Positions 26,530-39,400 of a stretch of 64,000 bases of DNA are shown piece after piece (the stretch's first letter is position 1; each line of letters starts with the position of its first letter). The stretch covers positions 62,001 through 126,000 of the forward strand of contig JAAOMT010000040.1 of assembly GCA_016748015.1 (NCBI GenBank), read 5' to 3'. The notes under the pieces are model-generated. The model saw nothing but the letters and a program-made list of their open reading frames with translations. It did no database searches and was not told the DNA's origin. Position numbers and translations under genes: made by a program. This DNA comes from Geosiphon pyriformis uo1. Its lineage: Eukaryota > Fungi > Glomeromycota.

Positions 26530-29500
26530 AAATTTATAATATAACTTTATTATTATTTAATATAATACAATTGTTCTAAGTTCTAAATTAAATATAATTT
26601 ACATATATGCTATATATAACTAGTTAAGGCTATATTATATAGCTATAATAACAAAAACATTAAAATTAGCATTAGTAAAAAATAAAAACTTAATTCTAAA
26701 TCTAAAACCAATAGCTTGATTTTTAATTATATTTAACAAATACACCAATTCTTTAAAAGTATAAGTTTGAAGTTTTTAAAAAAAAATCCATTAAAATTAC
26801 TAATAAGTACAAAATCAAATCTCTTTAACAAAGCATAATATTTAAAATTAAGCAATTATATACTTTTTCTATGCCCTATAACTAAATTACAAACAAAATT
26901 AACCAATTATAACAAGACAAATTTGCCATTAGTAAAAACTAGCTTGGTTTTAATAATTTAAAAACTAAACACAAAACTTTTATATAAAACAATATAAAAA
27001 CTATTATTATTAATATTAAAAATTAATAACTAAAAAATAACCAAAAAATTTACAATAATATCTGTTAAAAATTTTTAAAAACTTACTTTTTTAGCCAATA
27101 AACTAACATAAATAAAAATTTCAAAACTATAAACAAAGCTATAATTGGATATTTTTATTTCATCATAGTCTAAACACAAGATTTTGGAATAATATTTATT
27201 ATACAATTGTTTTTTAGTAACAATTAGAAGTTAATTATACAGAATTTTCAATATATAAATATGTAAACATATTAAGTTTTTGCTAATAAATTCCAATATC
27301 ATATGTAAATTAAAATGTTATATTAGAAAAAAAACAGTCTAGTTAATATTATTATAAAAAGATATATTAATTATATTAACATTAAAACTTATTTTTTAAA
27401 AGACTCAATTAATAATATTATTTAATAACTTGATAAAACAATAAGTATTACTTAAAATAACTTTGCTATTTGTGATCAAAAACTGCTTTTTAATATTAAA
27501 AAACAACACCAGTTCAGAAAAAATATAGCACTAGTCAAACTATTGGCATATTTATTATTCTAAATACTAAAATATTTCTTAATTTTATTCTATTTTATAT
27601 AAATATTTCTATTCTTAATAATGTTAATAATATGATAATATTCAATTTAATACAGATTGTAAAAGTTTAAACTGAATAAATTCAACTTGGTTTAATATGT
27701 ATTCAAAGCAGCTTGACTATTTAAACATAACAAAACACTTATAAATAATAAAATATATTTAAGAGCCAATATTATAACTTGTAATTTAACCAAAACTAAA
27801 AACAAAAAACCATAAGTTTTAATTCCAATTTTATTTTTTTTATTTTTAAATTAAATTATAGCATCATTTCAAACTTAAAAAAAATCAAAATCTCTTATTA
27901 TACTATTTATAAAAACTGTAAAATTTAATATTAGTTTTTAATAATTTAGAGTAAATAACCACAAAATCTTTTAAATTTAAAACACTTGATCTAGTTAAAA
28001 AATCATTTAATCTAAGAAAAATCAATAAGATTACTAGTAATAATAAAATTAAAAACCAACAAAAACCAAAAAAAACTAGGTTTTAAAAGTCTAAATATTT
28101 TTAATAATAGAACTTTTTTTATAAAAAACATTTACCATAATAATTTAAAAGCTAATTAACAAAAATTATTCTAAAATGCTTAAGAAATTTGATTGTTTTA
28201 AAATACTCTAATTAACCAAAAATATTCAAAACTAGAATATTACTTTTATACCAAAAAGCATTAAATGTATTAATAATAATAAAAACAGATATTAGAGAAA
28301 AAGAACTTATTATTTAAATTATATGCTTATACTCCTTGTTTTTGAGTTAAAGCCAGAGCTGCTAGACAAAAAAATAAAGGCTTAATTTGTTTTTACCAAT
28401 TTTATAAAGTCGAATTAGTAAAAATAGTACAGCCAGAACATTTTTACCAAGAATTAAAAATCTTATAAAACACAAAAAAGCAAACAATACAGACAAAAAA
28501 ATCATTAATAGAAAAGATTCTAAATTTAACAAAAAAATACAATAGATTGCAAAGAGTTCAATTAAATATTTGTAAGTTCATAAGTCTGTGCCTAAACAGT
28601 CTGTTTAGTATTCTAAAAGTATTTATAAAAAACACAATTAATGTAATTTTTTTTTATTTAAATTTGTTCAAAAAACTTTAAATTATAAAGAAAAAAGTAA
28701 TAAATAATTTTATTAAAAAAATTTCAGAATAAGTTTGTCTTTTATTTAAGACATTTCTTAATTAAACAATTTTACTAGTTGTAATAATTTTTGTTAACAA
28801 AACTGAACTATATTTTATAACTTATGATAGGCTATAATACTATAAAAACCAGATATAAGAATTGTTTATTTGAAACTATCTTACATAGAACCAATAATAT
28901 AAAAAATTTGATGTCTTTATTTGCTTTCTTAAAACTAAAACCAGAAAAACTAGCAGTTAACAAAAATATTCCCAAGTATTTATAAGACTTATTAGACTTT
29001 ATAACAGAAACAAAAAAACCATAAATGCTTAATATAATGTTTTTAATTTTTATATTAATAAATATAACAACAGTTTTGTTTATATTAATAATAATGTTTA
29101 TATTATCAAAAAATTTATTAGCAATATTTAAAATGTTCTAAGTAATAGTATAACTGTTTTTAACTTATATTATATTATTAACAAAAGCACTTGTCATAAA
29201 ATAAAAAGTAAAACTAATATTGAACTCTATTTTGCCAGTTTTTGTCATAAATTTAGAGTTTATATAATAACCAAAAACAAATTTATGCTTCTTAATTTTA
29301 CATAAAAAAAAGCATAAAAAATATACTACAAAAAAAAAGAAAAAACTTTATCTTAATTTAAGCTATTTTATATTATATATATATTAAATAAACTAAAATT
29401 TGTTATTACTTAATTAATATGATTATTGTAAATATAATTAAAAAATTGAATAAATTTGTTATATATCTTGATTTTTTTTAAGCTCTTTTTAAGATGTTTT

Positions 29501-29660
29501 TATCTAACAGAATTATAAGTTTTGTATATGTCTTAAAGCACTAATTAAACTTTTCTGTTTTTTTCCAAAGCATTTTTCATAACTAATTTAATAGTAAAAA
29601 TAAGAAACTATGTAGATATATTTTTTAAAACTAAAAAATTATCTTTTTTGAGCATATTGT
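26530..29660 (-). mobile_element. Heavily decayed, 5'-truncated LINE ORF2 + 3' UTR
   Basis: Remnants of LWLVLQDMRKAYDSV (~29510-29560), SAFVNNII (~29170-29195), YLGIF (~28965-28985), C-terminal AIGFRFRIKFLFF...* (stop ~26635), and a decayed family 3' UTR. Confidence 0.75.
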
Positions 29661-29779
29661 TACCAGTAAAATTTTAGTTAGTAATTAACATGAAATTATC
29701 TTATAATTTCTATTATTAAATTAGTACATACTATTATTATTTCAATTATCATTTATTATTTAATCAAATTATTAAATAT

Positions 29780-30480
29780 TATTATTCAATTAATAATCCA
29801 AACTCTTATAATACTATTTAGAGACTTTTCATTAGACAATATATGTTACAACAAAAAAATATCATAAAAAAAGACAAAATGTTTAGAAAAATTGTAAGTT
29901 AATTGCATAAATGTTTTAACAAATAAGATTGCTATTTTTTTTTATGATTTTTGACCAATCTAATTAGAAAACTGTTCTAGTTTTCTGTAGTAACTGCTAT
30001 TAATATTTATAATAAAAAACTTTGTAACATGTTTACTATTTGGCTTATTAACTATTAGTAAATACTTTTTATAATAAAAAACTTTAAATTAATCAAAATA
30101 TTCTAATATTTGAATCCTATTTCTCAAACTGTTTGTGCCAATACAATTAAGAATAGAGTTATAGAACTCTATATCTTGAGTAGACAAAAATTAAGAGTAA
30201 GCACTATTTTTATTATGAAAAATTTCTTTTTTTTATCTATATTTATAATATAATAAACATATTTAAGTACTATTAAGTTCAAAATTTTTTTTAGATTAAA
30301 TCTTTGAATATTTTTTAATAACAAAGTCTTTGTTTTTGTTATTGCTCATTATATTAATAACAATTGGAACTTTTAATAAACAATAATTGATTTTGGATTA
30401 ATGAATAAATAACATAATAGAATAAATATTGTAAACAAATTTTTTAAAGTATTAAAAGATTATAGAATTACATCAAAGAT
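29780..30480 (+). mobile_element. hAT-like transposase relic
   Basis: Readable decayed motifs at ~30290-30480 (...FVFVIAHYINNNWNF**TIIDFGLMNK*HNRINIVNKFFKVLKDYRITSK) typical of the hAT catalytic region. Confidence 0.55.
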
Positions 30481-30550
30481 ACATATATATATTCTTACAT
30501 AAATTTGGGTTAATTAATGGCCAATAATAAGATTGGCATATTATATAGTA

Positions 30551-30741
30551 TATTAGTATTATCTGAAACTCAGAGTTATTATAATGCCTATATCATTAAA
30601 AATTGCATTTTCTTAATATTGGCTTAAGTTGGTTTTTATTATTGCTCCAAAGCTGAATTTTTGGTATTGATATTATCTAAAGCTTAGAGTTATTATAGTG
30701 TTTATATTATTAAAAACTGTATTTTCTTAATGTTAGCTTAA
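30551..30741. repeat. Two-copy direct repeat, 77-bp unit, 114-bp period
   Basis: 30551-30627 vs 30665-30741 align without gaps. 13 differences, all transitions. Confidence 0.85.
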
Positions 30742-31199
30742 TTTATATATTATAAATATAAGCATAGAAATTTGTGTATTAAGTATAAGCTATAGATTTT
30801 AAAGTATTAAAAACAACAAGTTATGCAAAATTTAATTCTTCAAATTATTCTAAATAATATTTACTTAAATATATTAATTAATACTGTAGTTAATAGTATA
30901 TTGGCAATTTTAAATATAACATTTTATATATTATGTATTATATTAAGATTAATATTTTGGTGTAAATACAGAGCAAAAAAAAATAACCAGTTTATTTTTA
31001 AAAAAGAGTATATATATATGTTTAATAAAAGACCATATATTAAAAAATTAAAATTATTTTTATCTTAATTTAAAATCTATTTCTAATATAGAGCTGGCCA
31101 ATTAACTTTAAAATTACATTAATAAAAACCTATTCCAATTAAGTAATCAAGTATCTATAAATAAAAATAAAATCTTTAGTTATAATTTCAGTCATATTT

Positions 31200-33560
31200 A
31201 GCATCAGATTTTTTTATATTTATTTAGCTGTAAAACTTTGTACTGATTATGTTTTTAAAACATAAAAAGATATTAACATAATTATAAAGACTTATAGTAA
31301 ACAACAAAAATTTGGAGTTATCTAAAAGAAATTAGAATGATATCTAGATGGCAGTATTAAACATCATGTTTTTGAATGTGAATTTAATGGCCAATATAAA
31401 CCAAAAAAAAATCAACATTTAAAATTATCAGAACACCAAATCAAAATATTAAGAATATAGTTAATATGCCAATATTAATTGTACTAAAAACTCATGCAAA
31501 TAAATCTTATTATTTTTGACAATATATATAATTATCTATTATATCTTAATACTAAAAAATATGCTTTAACATATTGAAAAATTTCAGATGACATTCTTTA
31601 AAATATCTAATTTTTTACAGAATGTGTAACTTTATTAATTATTACCCAAAAAAATTATTAAAAGTAAATTTCCAATAGCATTTATTTTTGATTGTGATCT
31701 TACAAATACAATACAAAAATTTAAAATTTATAACAACAAAAAGCACAATACATTTTGCTTGTTAACAATTTTTATAAATTGCAAATCAAATAATTATAAA
31801 TAGATTATAGAGTTTAAAATTGATAAAAATCGGCTTATTTATGTATTTTAGATGTCTTTTATACAAGTTGTTCTTTAGTTAGAGTACCATAATATTGTTT
31901 TAAATGACAATACAACAAAGATTAATCACTATTAAATATTAATTTTTTTTTTATTATAGACAATAATACAAGATTCTATCTTGTTACACAAGTCTTTATA
32001 TTAAATAAAACTGCCAAATTATATAAATAGATTCTAGAATACATAAAAAAAGCAATAATAACAGAACTATTAGTGTTTATTATTAATGCTAATTCTACAG
32101 CAAATACAGTAGTTATTTAAGTATATAAAATAACTTACCAAATTCATTGTATTTTTTATATTAATAAAAACTTATTAAAAATTTTTAAGTTAAAGCTTTA
32201 TAATTAATATGAAAGCTTTGTTTATGATTTTTTTCTATGTCACAATAGTTTATGTAAAAAAATTTTATATAAACAATAATTACAATTTACTAAAACATAT
32301 GTTAATGCTAAAAATTACTTAATAAAAGCTCTTTATTTCAGTCAGCAAGCATAAACTTGTGTATTTACATCAAAAATATTTACTGCAAAAACTCAAACTA
32401 TCTTTCATATTAAAGGCTTTAACAATATTATTAAATATATGTTTTTAGCAAATAACAGTTTTGTAATTTTACTAGTGTATTAGATACAAAACTTAAAAAT
32501 AAGACAGAATAAAACCATTTTTTTGAATATTATATATTCTTATCTTATATAAGAATTATATCAGTTGGCCATAATCTTTTTTTTGGAGTCAATAAACAAA
32601 TAACTCAATATTTCATGCCTTATATTTTATCTATAAAACATTTAAAAATAACACAATATTTATATTTTATTATAAATTAATTATTATTAAATATTAATAT
32701 TTATAATGTGATAAGAGAATTTATTTCTTAGTGTACTTTTTTAAATTATTTATTTAACAATATTTTAATATTTAAAATTTCAGTCTTAATATAATAAGTA
32801 ATTTTATTAAGAATCTGTATAATATAAAACAAATATTATTGAAATCAATAGTTACTGAAGTCAATAGAAAAAACATCAAAGAAATATAGAAAGTTACAAA
32901 CCTATGACCAAAAAACAATAAACATTCATACTTTATTATAATTGTTAATTCTATTACTTATTTTTGTTTATGTTTATTTAATATATCTTATAGTATTGCT
33001 TATTATTATTATTTTTAAGTAATACTACATTCAAATAATATTTTTATAATAGTATATTAATAAAAAAAAACAATAATTTAATCACTAAAGCTTTTTGCTT
33101 TGCAAATTAAAAGGCTGCAAAAAATTTTTCTACCAAAATGGTAATTCTAAATCTTTTAACTATATCTAAAACCATTACCAATGTTTTATGCCTTGCAATA
33201 CAAAGAAAACAAAAATATGGTAAAATATAGGAACTTATATAACAGGCTGTTTAGTTCACTATTAAATATAACAATTATAGTAAAATAATAATATAATTAA
33301 GGCAATTTATTGGCCAACATAAAAAAATAGTGCCTATATTTCAAAATTAAAACCAAATTCTGGAAAACAATCAAGTTAATAATGCTAATAAAAAAAATAA
33401 GCTTAAGCAAGTTGAAAATTTATTAATATCACAACATAAAAAACACTCAAAAACCAAATATTATAAGTTTACTATTGAAAAAAAAAACCATGCACAAAAA
33501 TACATTTGTAATAGATATGATTTTTTAGAACATAATAGTACAAAATATCAAAATTAAATA
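31200..33560 (+). mobile_element. MULE/FAR1-related transposase relic
   Basis: Decayed FAR1-like domain (~31230-31600), catalytic remnants EYHNIVLNDNTTKINHY, VTQVFILNKTAKLYK*ILE and IHCIFYINKNL (~31880-32180), C-terminal knuckle remnant (~33500-33555). Confidence 0.75.
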
Positions 33561-33739
33561 AAATTTAGTTAATTATTTGTTTATTTTTTATTGTGCAATA
33601 ACTAAACATTGTATTTATTTTTAATAAAATTAATAATTCAACTTTAATTTATTCAATAAAAATAAATAATACACATTATTATTACATATTATTTTTTTAA
33701 AATTTAATAAAATTTTTAATTCTAATTAAAGCTATTTTC

Positions 33740-34383
33740 GAGGTTGTTTTATATAACAGGTTGTTACAACTAGATTTATCTTTATATTTTAATTAGTTAA
33801 TATTATATTGATTTCAATAGAATAATTATTTCAGTAAAAGTTTCTATTATAATTATTAAAACTTTAAAGAAATTTAAATGTTTAATAGAATTTTAAAAGT
33901 TTAATGCTAATATTAGTTTATATGATCTAATTTTTAAGATATAAAAAGTATATAAACTTTATTTTGGTTAATAATAGTTTTTAAAACTTGGTATTTAATT
34001 AATAAATATATTAATTTGATAAGTTTTTTAACACTAATTATTTGGATTTGTTAATAAATATTAAATTGAAAAATTTTTTCAATTTTTAGCTTAATTTAAT
34101 ATATAAACAGACCAATAAAAATAAATAAAAATATAAAATTAGTAATATTAATAGAGTAATTTAAAAAAAGTTTAGCAGTTTGTCTTTGAATATTGCTTTA
34201 CAGATTAAAAATAACTTTAAATTTTGTAAAATAAAAACCAATTTCAATAATATGTAAATATTATTTAACAAAATTTTGCTTTTTGTAATTAATATTGTAT
34301 TTTTAAAAATATGGTCTTAATATAATAACTTGGCCAAAAGTATTATATTTTCTAAATTTTTTAAGTTAAAATTACTTTTATTT
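33740..34383 (+). mobile_element. Old host LINE, segment 1 (decayed APE C-terminal part)
   Basis: Remnants of TWSN..IDFILV, FFNT, LIYKQTNKNK*KYKI and SKFFKLKLLL, interrupted by copy B at its target-site duplication. Confidence 0.7.
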
Positions 34384-34482
34384 TACAAAAAAACAAAAAT
34401 AGAAAACTTCTTTCTCTCCTTCATCCCAAATTCCTGAAAAAGAGTCAAATTTTGAAAGAAGTTTTTTTCTGTTTTTTATATA

Positions 34483-36402
34483 TTGTCTTCCATTATTTCA
34501 CAAGAAACAAACTCTTTTGTTGTTGGTTTGGCTGCCACTATGAGTGGTCCTAGTGTTAAGAGAAGGTCAGCCAGAGTTTTGACCACTGGTTCGGTTGGTG
34601 GTGGTTCAGGTTATAAAATTAAGAAACCTTCTGGTGGTGCTAAGCTCTCAAGTAGTGGTACAACTCTTGAAAGTGGTGGGTCTGGTCGTGTGGTTGGGCA
34701 GTTTAATGGCATGGATACTGATGAAAAAGCTTCCGAAGGTGAAGGAGTACCTAATTCCAAGATGAATACGCCTCAAGCCAAGCATTTCAATAATAGTGCA
34801 ATTATTGGCTCTCCTTTCGGCTCTATTAATTATGACATGGAAGAGAAAGAGGAAGTTTTCCTTCTTCTTTGTAAGTCTTTCTCTTTGGATAAGGTGTAAG
34901 TGGATCCCAAAATTATTAAAACTCAAGTGGAAGTGACCGTAAAGAAATCATTCACTTTGGACATTAATCTTTCGGCTGTAGAAAAGAAATCGGCAACAGC
35001 CAAAACTCAGGTCATAAGAAAATTATTTTCAGGAATCAATGGTTTTGGGGGGGCCACTACCTCTTCAAAATTTGAAGGGATTATCTGATCAACGTTTACT
35101 TCATCAGAAAGCATGGAAAAGGCCGTGTCATTGGCCAGAGAAAATAACATCATAGTAAACAGTGATCTCAAGAGACAAGGAATTTACTCAGATCGAGCCA
35201 TAGTAATCAAGGAAATTTCTATGGATACACCAAAAGAAATGATTGTCACCGCAGTATCCAAGTTTGGAGAAATTAAGTCGATCAAAATCCAGTTGATTGG
35301 TTTATGGCAAAAGACTGTGGTAGAATTTGCTAAACTAGAACAGGCTGTGTCTTTGGCTGCTAGGTGGTTCTTTCTGATTAGTAAAGACTCGGTTTGTGTG
35401 GCTATGATGATAGACAATTGTGAAACTTGGGCATCTAGAGATCAGTTTAAGGCACTTTTGTTCACTTTGCCAGTGGAAACTACTGCTCATGATCTTGGGG
35501 ATCTTCTTGAAGGGGGTGATGGAAAAACTTGTGTCATAAATCGGTCATTGGAGACTGGTAATAGGGTCTGCTGTGCTGTTGTTTGTTTTAATTCTGATGA
35601 GGTTTTGGAGTTAGCTTTTCGCACAGAGCCAATCTTTGGTGGTGTGAAACTCTCATGGGCTAGGCTGGATTTGGTTCACTGTGAACAGTATAAGAAGTTC
35701 AGTCATTCTGCCTTGGAATGTAATACTGAGGTTGCGTCAGTTCTTAAACCTTCAAAGTTTTTTATAAAACCTGCCAACCTAGATACTTGTCTCTAGCTGG
35801 CCAAGTTGTATACAAAGAAAAATGTACCAATCTCTCATCCTGTTGTCTTTGGTGGCAAATCTTGGGCCCAAGTGGTCTCAGTTGCTTCAGTTTCTTATGG
35901 TTTTCATGCTGGTTCTGGTTCCGGTTCCCCACTTTCTGGTGCTCTGAGTTCGGGTGGGGCATCTTCTCCTCTACTTGTGGTCAATTCTTCTTTGGATGCT
36001 CACTTAGTGCTTCTGGAACGCTCTGTGAAGCTTTTGTCTGATCAAATTTTGGACATTTTTTCTTGTCTTGACAATATTGGTTCAATACCCTTGGCACCTT
36101 CCTCTTAAATGGTTCCTTCTGTGGTTGTTTTTCAGTCTCCAACTTCTGTTCCTCTTGTGGTTGCAAACTCTGACTTGGATTTTGACATGGCAGTTGATGA
36201 TTTTGTTGTCCAGCCTATTTTTTTCTCTCCAGGTGTTGCCGATTTGCTCTTAGGTCTGAGTAGTTCCAAAGTCCTGACTTCCAAAGTTGGTGGTCTGAAA
36301 TCGAAGTTGGTTGCCCTCGACATCTTCGTTGGTTTGATTTTGGCTAAGTTAGATCAGTTGTGTGCTGGCTCAGGTTCTTCAGTTATCTCTTCGTCCCAAT
36401 GA
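34483..36402 (+). pseudogene. LINE ORF1 (RRM-like x2, CCHC knuckle, coiled coil) with in-frame stops
   Basis: Five ORF pieces in one frame. AIVIKEISMDTPKEMIVTAVSKFGEIKSIKIQLIGLWQKTVVEF. CEQYKKFSHSALEC. Likely ATG at 34540. Confidence 0.88.
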
Positions 36403-39400
36403 CCAGTTTTATTTGGAAAATTGCCATGTGTAATGTTAGGAGAATGAACAATCCTGCAAAACAGGAGGACATTTTTTGTTGGCATAAGGAATCTGGTAGT
36501 TCGATCTCAATTGTTACAGAAACCAAGTTGTGTTCCAGTTCACAACCATAGATCATGAAAAAGTTTAAGAGTGTTCGGGTTTTTACATCTGGTCTGGATG
36601 TTGGGTTTTATGGAACTGGTGTGGCCATTTTTGTGAACAATTCTCTGGCTTGTCATGTTTCTAAAGTTGAAAAGGTAAAGGGCAGAGTTCTTTCAATTTG
36701 TCTTTTGTTCAAGAACAAGCTTTCTGTGTCTGTCATTGGGCTTTATGCCTGTGTGTCTGGTGGTGACTGTTTTGCTCAGGCTTCTGTTATTAATTCATTC
36801 ATTGCTGATACTGTCAACAAAAGTTCTTTTGTTGTTTTGGGTGGGGACTTCAATGAAGACAATTCAGTCAAGGGGGCGAGTCTTAAAAAATGTTTAGGTT
36901 TGGGTCTGGTTAATGTTTTTGGTGGTTATTCTCTAGCTAGGATTCCTACTTGGAGCAATTCAAGAGGCATTAGCAAGGTTTTGGACTATATTCTAGTTAG
37001 TGACTCTTTGATTTCAGCTGTCATGAATCGTGATGTTAGTTCTGTCTCAGAATTTTTTAACACGGATCACTTGGCTGTCTCGATGTCTATTGGACTGGGT
37101 GGTCTTCTGGATGCTCATTTGACCAGCATCCACAAGCATGCTAATAAGGATCACTGAAAATTTAAGATTAAGGATGCTGATGAGAAAAAGTGGGCACATT
37201 TCAAAGAACTTTCTGAGTGTGCACTGTTGGGTTCTCTGAATAGATTCAAGACGGCTGAGGATGGTAGCAACTTGGATGGAATGTGAGAAGTACTAGCTGA
37301 AGCCATAACTGCTTCTGCTGAAAAAAATTTTTCAAAACATTGGTATAGTGAATTTGATTGTGCTAAGAATAAACTTTCTTCTAAATTTTCCAGATTAGAG
37401 CTGTTGGTCGCCAAGTTATTAAAAGTGCTAAGACTGAATGATGCAGTGGGCTTTAATCATCTGGCTGATACTTGGTTTAAAGCTGACCCTTCCAAAGCTT
37501 CCAAAGTTTGTGGCATGATCGGGAATGGTGTGGGTTTTGCTGACTTGATAAGTCATTTTTCAAAGATTAGAAAGCAATATAGAAAGTCCAAATATTATGA
37601 ATCTGAAGTGGCCAAAAGATCTGCTATCAGAGACACAATTGATAAGCGTATAAAAAAGTTTAATATGAACAAAGGTGGGATGATTCGAAGCATCTTGGAG
37701 CAGCCCTTTCACAAGGTTGTTCTGGACTATTTGGTTGTTGGTGATTCTTTTATTTTGGAACCTAATGAAGTGAAGCTCAAGGTGAATGACATCATGGTTA
37801 ATTGGACCAGAAAGCGGAATGCTCTTCCTGTCCTGTTTGGTCCCTGGGCACAACAATATGCCCTTTTGGCCTATGTTAATGATGGTGCTTTTAGTCTGGT
37901 CATGTGTAATATTACCATGTGTGAGATGTCTTCAGTTATAAGCAATCTTCCTAATAGCAAAGCTGTTGGTTTGTCTGGTATCACCAATGAACTTTGAAAA
38001 CATGCTGGCTGTTTAGTTTTGGAGTGTTTGTTGTCTTTGCTGAATTCTTGTTTGTGTTTTGGTGATGTTTCAGTCCATTGGAAAGAGGCCTGGGTGTCCA
38101 TAATTCCTAAGCCTTATGATTGGGATGGCATTTTGTCAAATACATGGCCTATTGCATTAATTGAGACGGCCAGAAAGATTTTGTCAAAAGTTCTTTCAGA
38201 CAGGATCTCTCTTGCCTGTAGTAAGTTTAATGTTCTCCACAGTAACAACTTTTCTGTTCTCAAAAGCACTTCCACTCAGTCACCAATTTCAGCTGTGGGT
38301 TCAATTGTGGAGGATGTTTTGGAAAAAGGCCGTGAACTTTGGCTGGTTCTTCAAGACATGCGCAAAGCATATGACTCTGTTGGTTGGCCTTATTTGAAAG
38401 CTAGTTTACGCCGTATCAAAATGTGTGGCAAGTTCATCAAGTTTTTTGGCAACATTCACAACAATTGCTTTAACAGAGTCATGACAGATTTTGGCCTATC
38501 TGATGGATACAAAATTCTTGATGGTTTGAATCAGGGTAAAGTTTTCTCATCTCTTCTATGGAGAATTTTTTATGACCCCTTGTTATGTGAAGTTGCAAAA
38601 CAAGATCATTTGTGTGGTTATTGGATCAATTCAAACTTTGTGGCAAAGACTGGAAGGATTGAGACTAGTGGGGGTATAACTTCTTTTTTTACGGCTGGTG
38701 CCTTTGTCGATAACACTATTTGGATGGGAAATGGACAAGCCTCTACACAGCACATTCTTAATATGGCCAGCAAGTTTTTCCTCATCAATAATATTAACAT
38801 AAACAATGAAAAAATGGTTGCCATTCCTATCAACAAAAGAGTGGGGGTTCCTGTTTTGTTTATCAATGGCCAGGCTATCGCTGTTGTCAATCCTGATGTG
38901 AGTCATCGATATTTGGGTATTTTCTTGTCTACTGATGGTTTGTCTAAACTGAGTCTTGCCAAAACCAATTCAGATATTAGGTTCTTCTCAAATATGATTC
39001 TCCGGAAAACTGTCTCTGATAAACAATTCTCTTATCTGGTTTTAGCTGGTTTGCAGCCTATAGTCAGTTATCAGACACAGTTTAGTTTTGTTTCCAAAGC
39101 TGTTTGTCTAAAATGGAACGTTCTGATTAGAAAAAGTCTTAGGTTGAAAGCCAATTTGCTGAGAGACTTTCCCAATGAGGCATTGTACCACCCCTTTCTT
39201 TATGGACTGAAATCTTTTGAACAGTTGCAGGCTAAATGCAAGGTAGCTTCTATTGTGCAATTTGCGAATTCTTCTGGAATTCTTGGCTGTCTGTTCGAAC
39301 ATCAATTTTTGGATTTACAGGTTTTGTACTGGACTCTGCTGAATCCTCTTCAATATCCTGTTAAGCTGAGAGTAAACATTTCAAACAATTTTCTAGTGGG

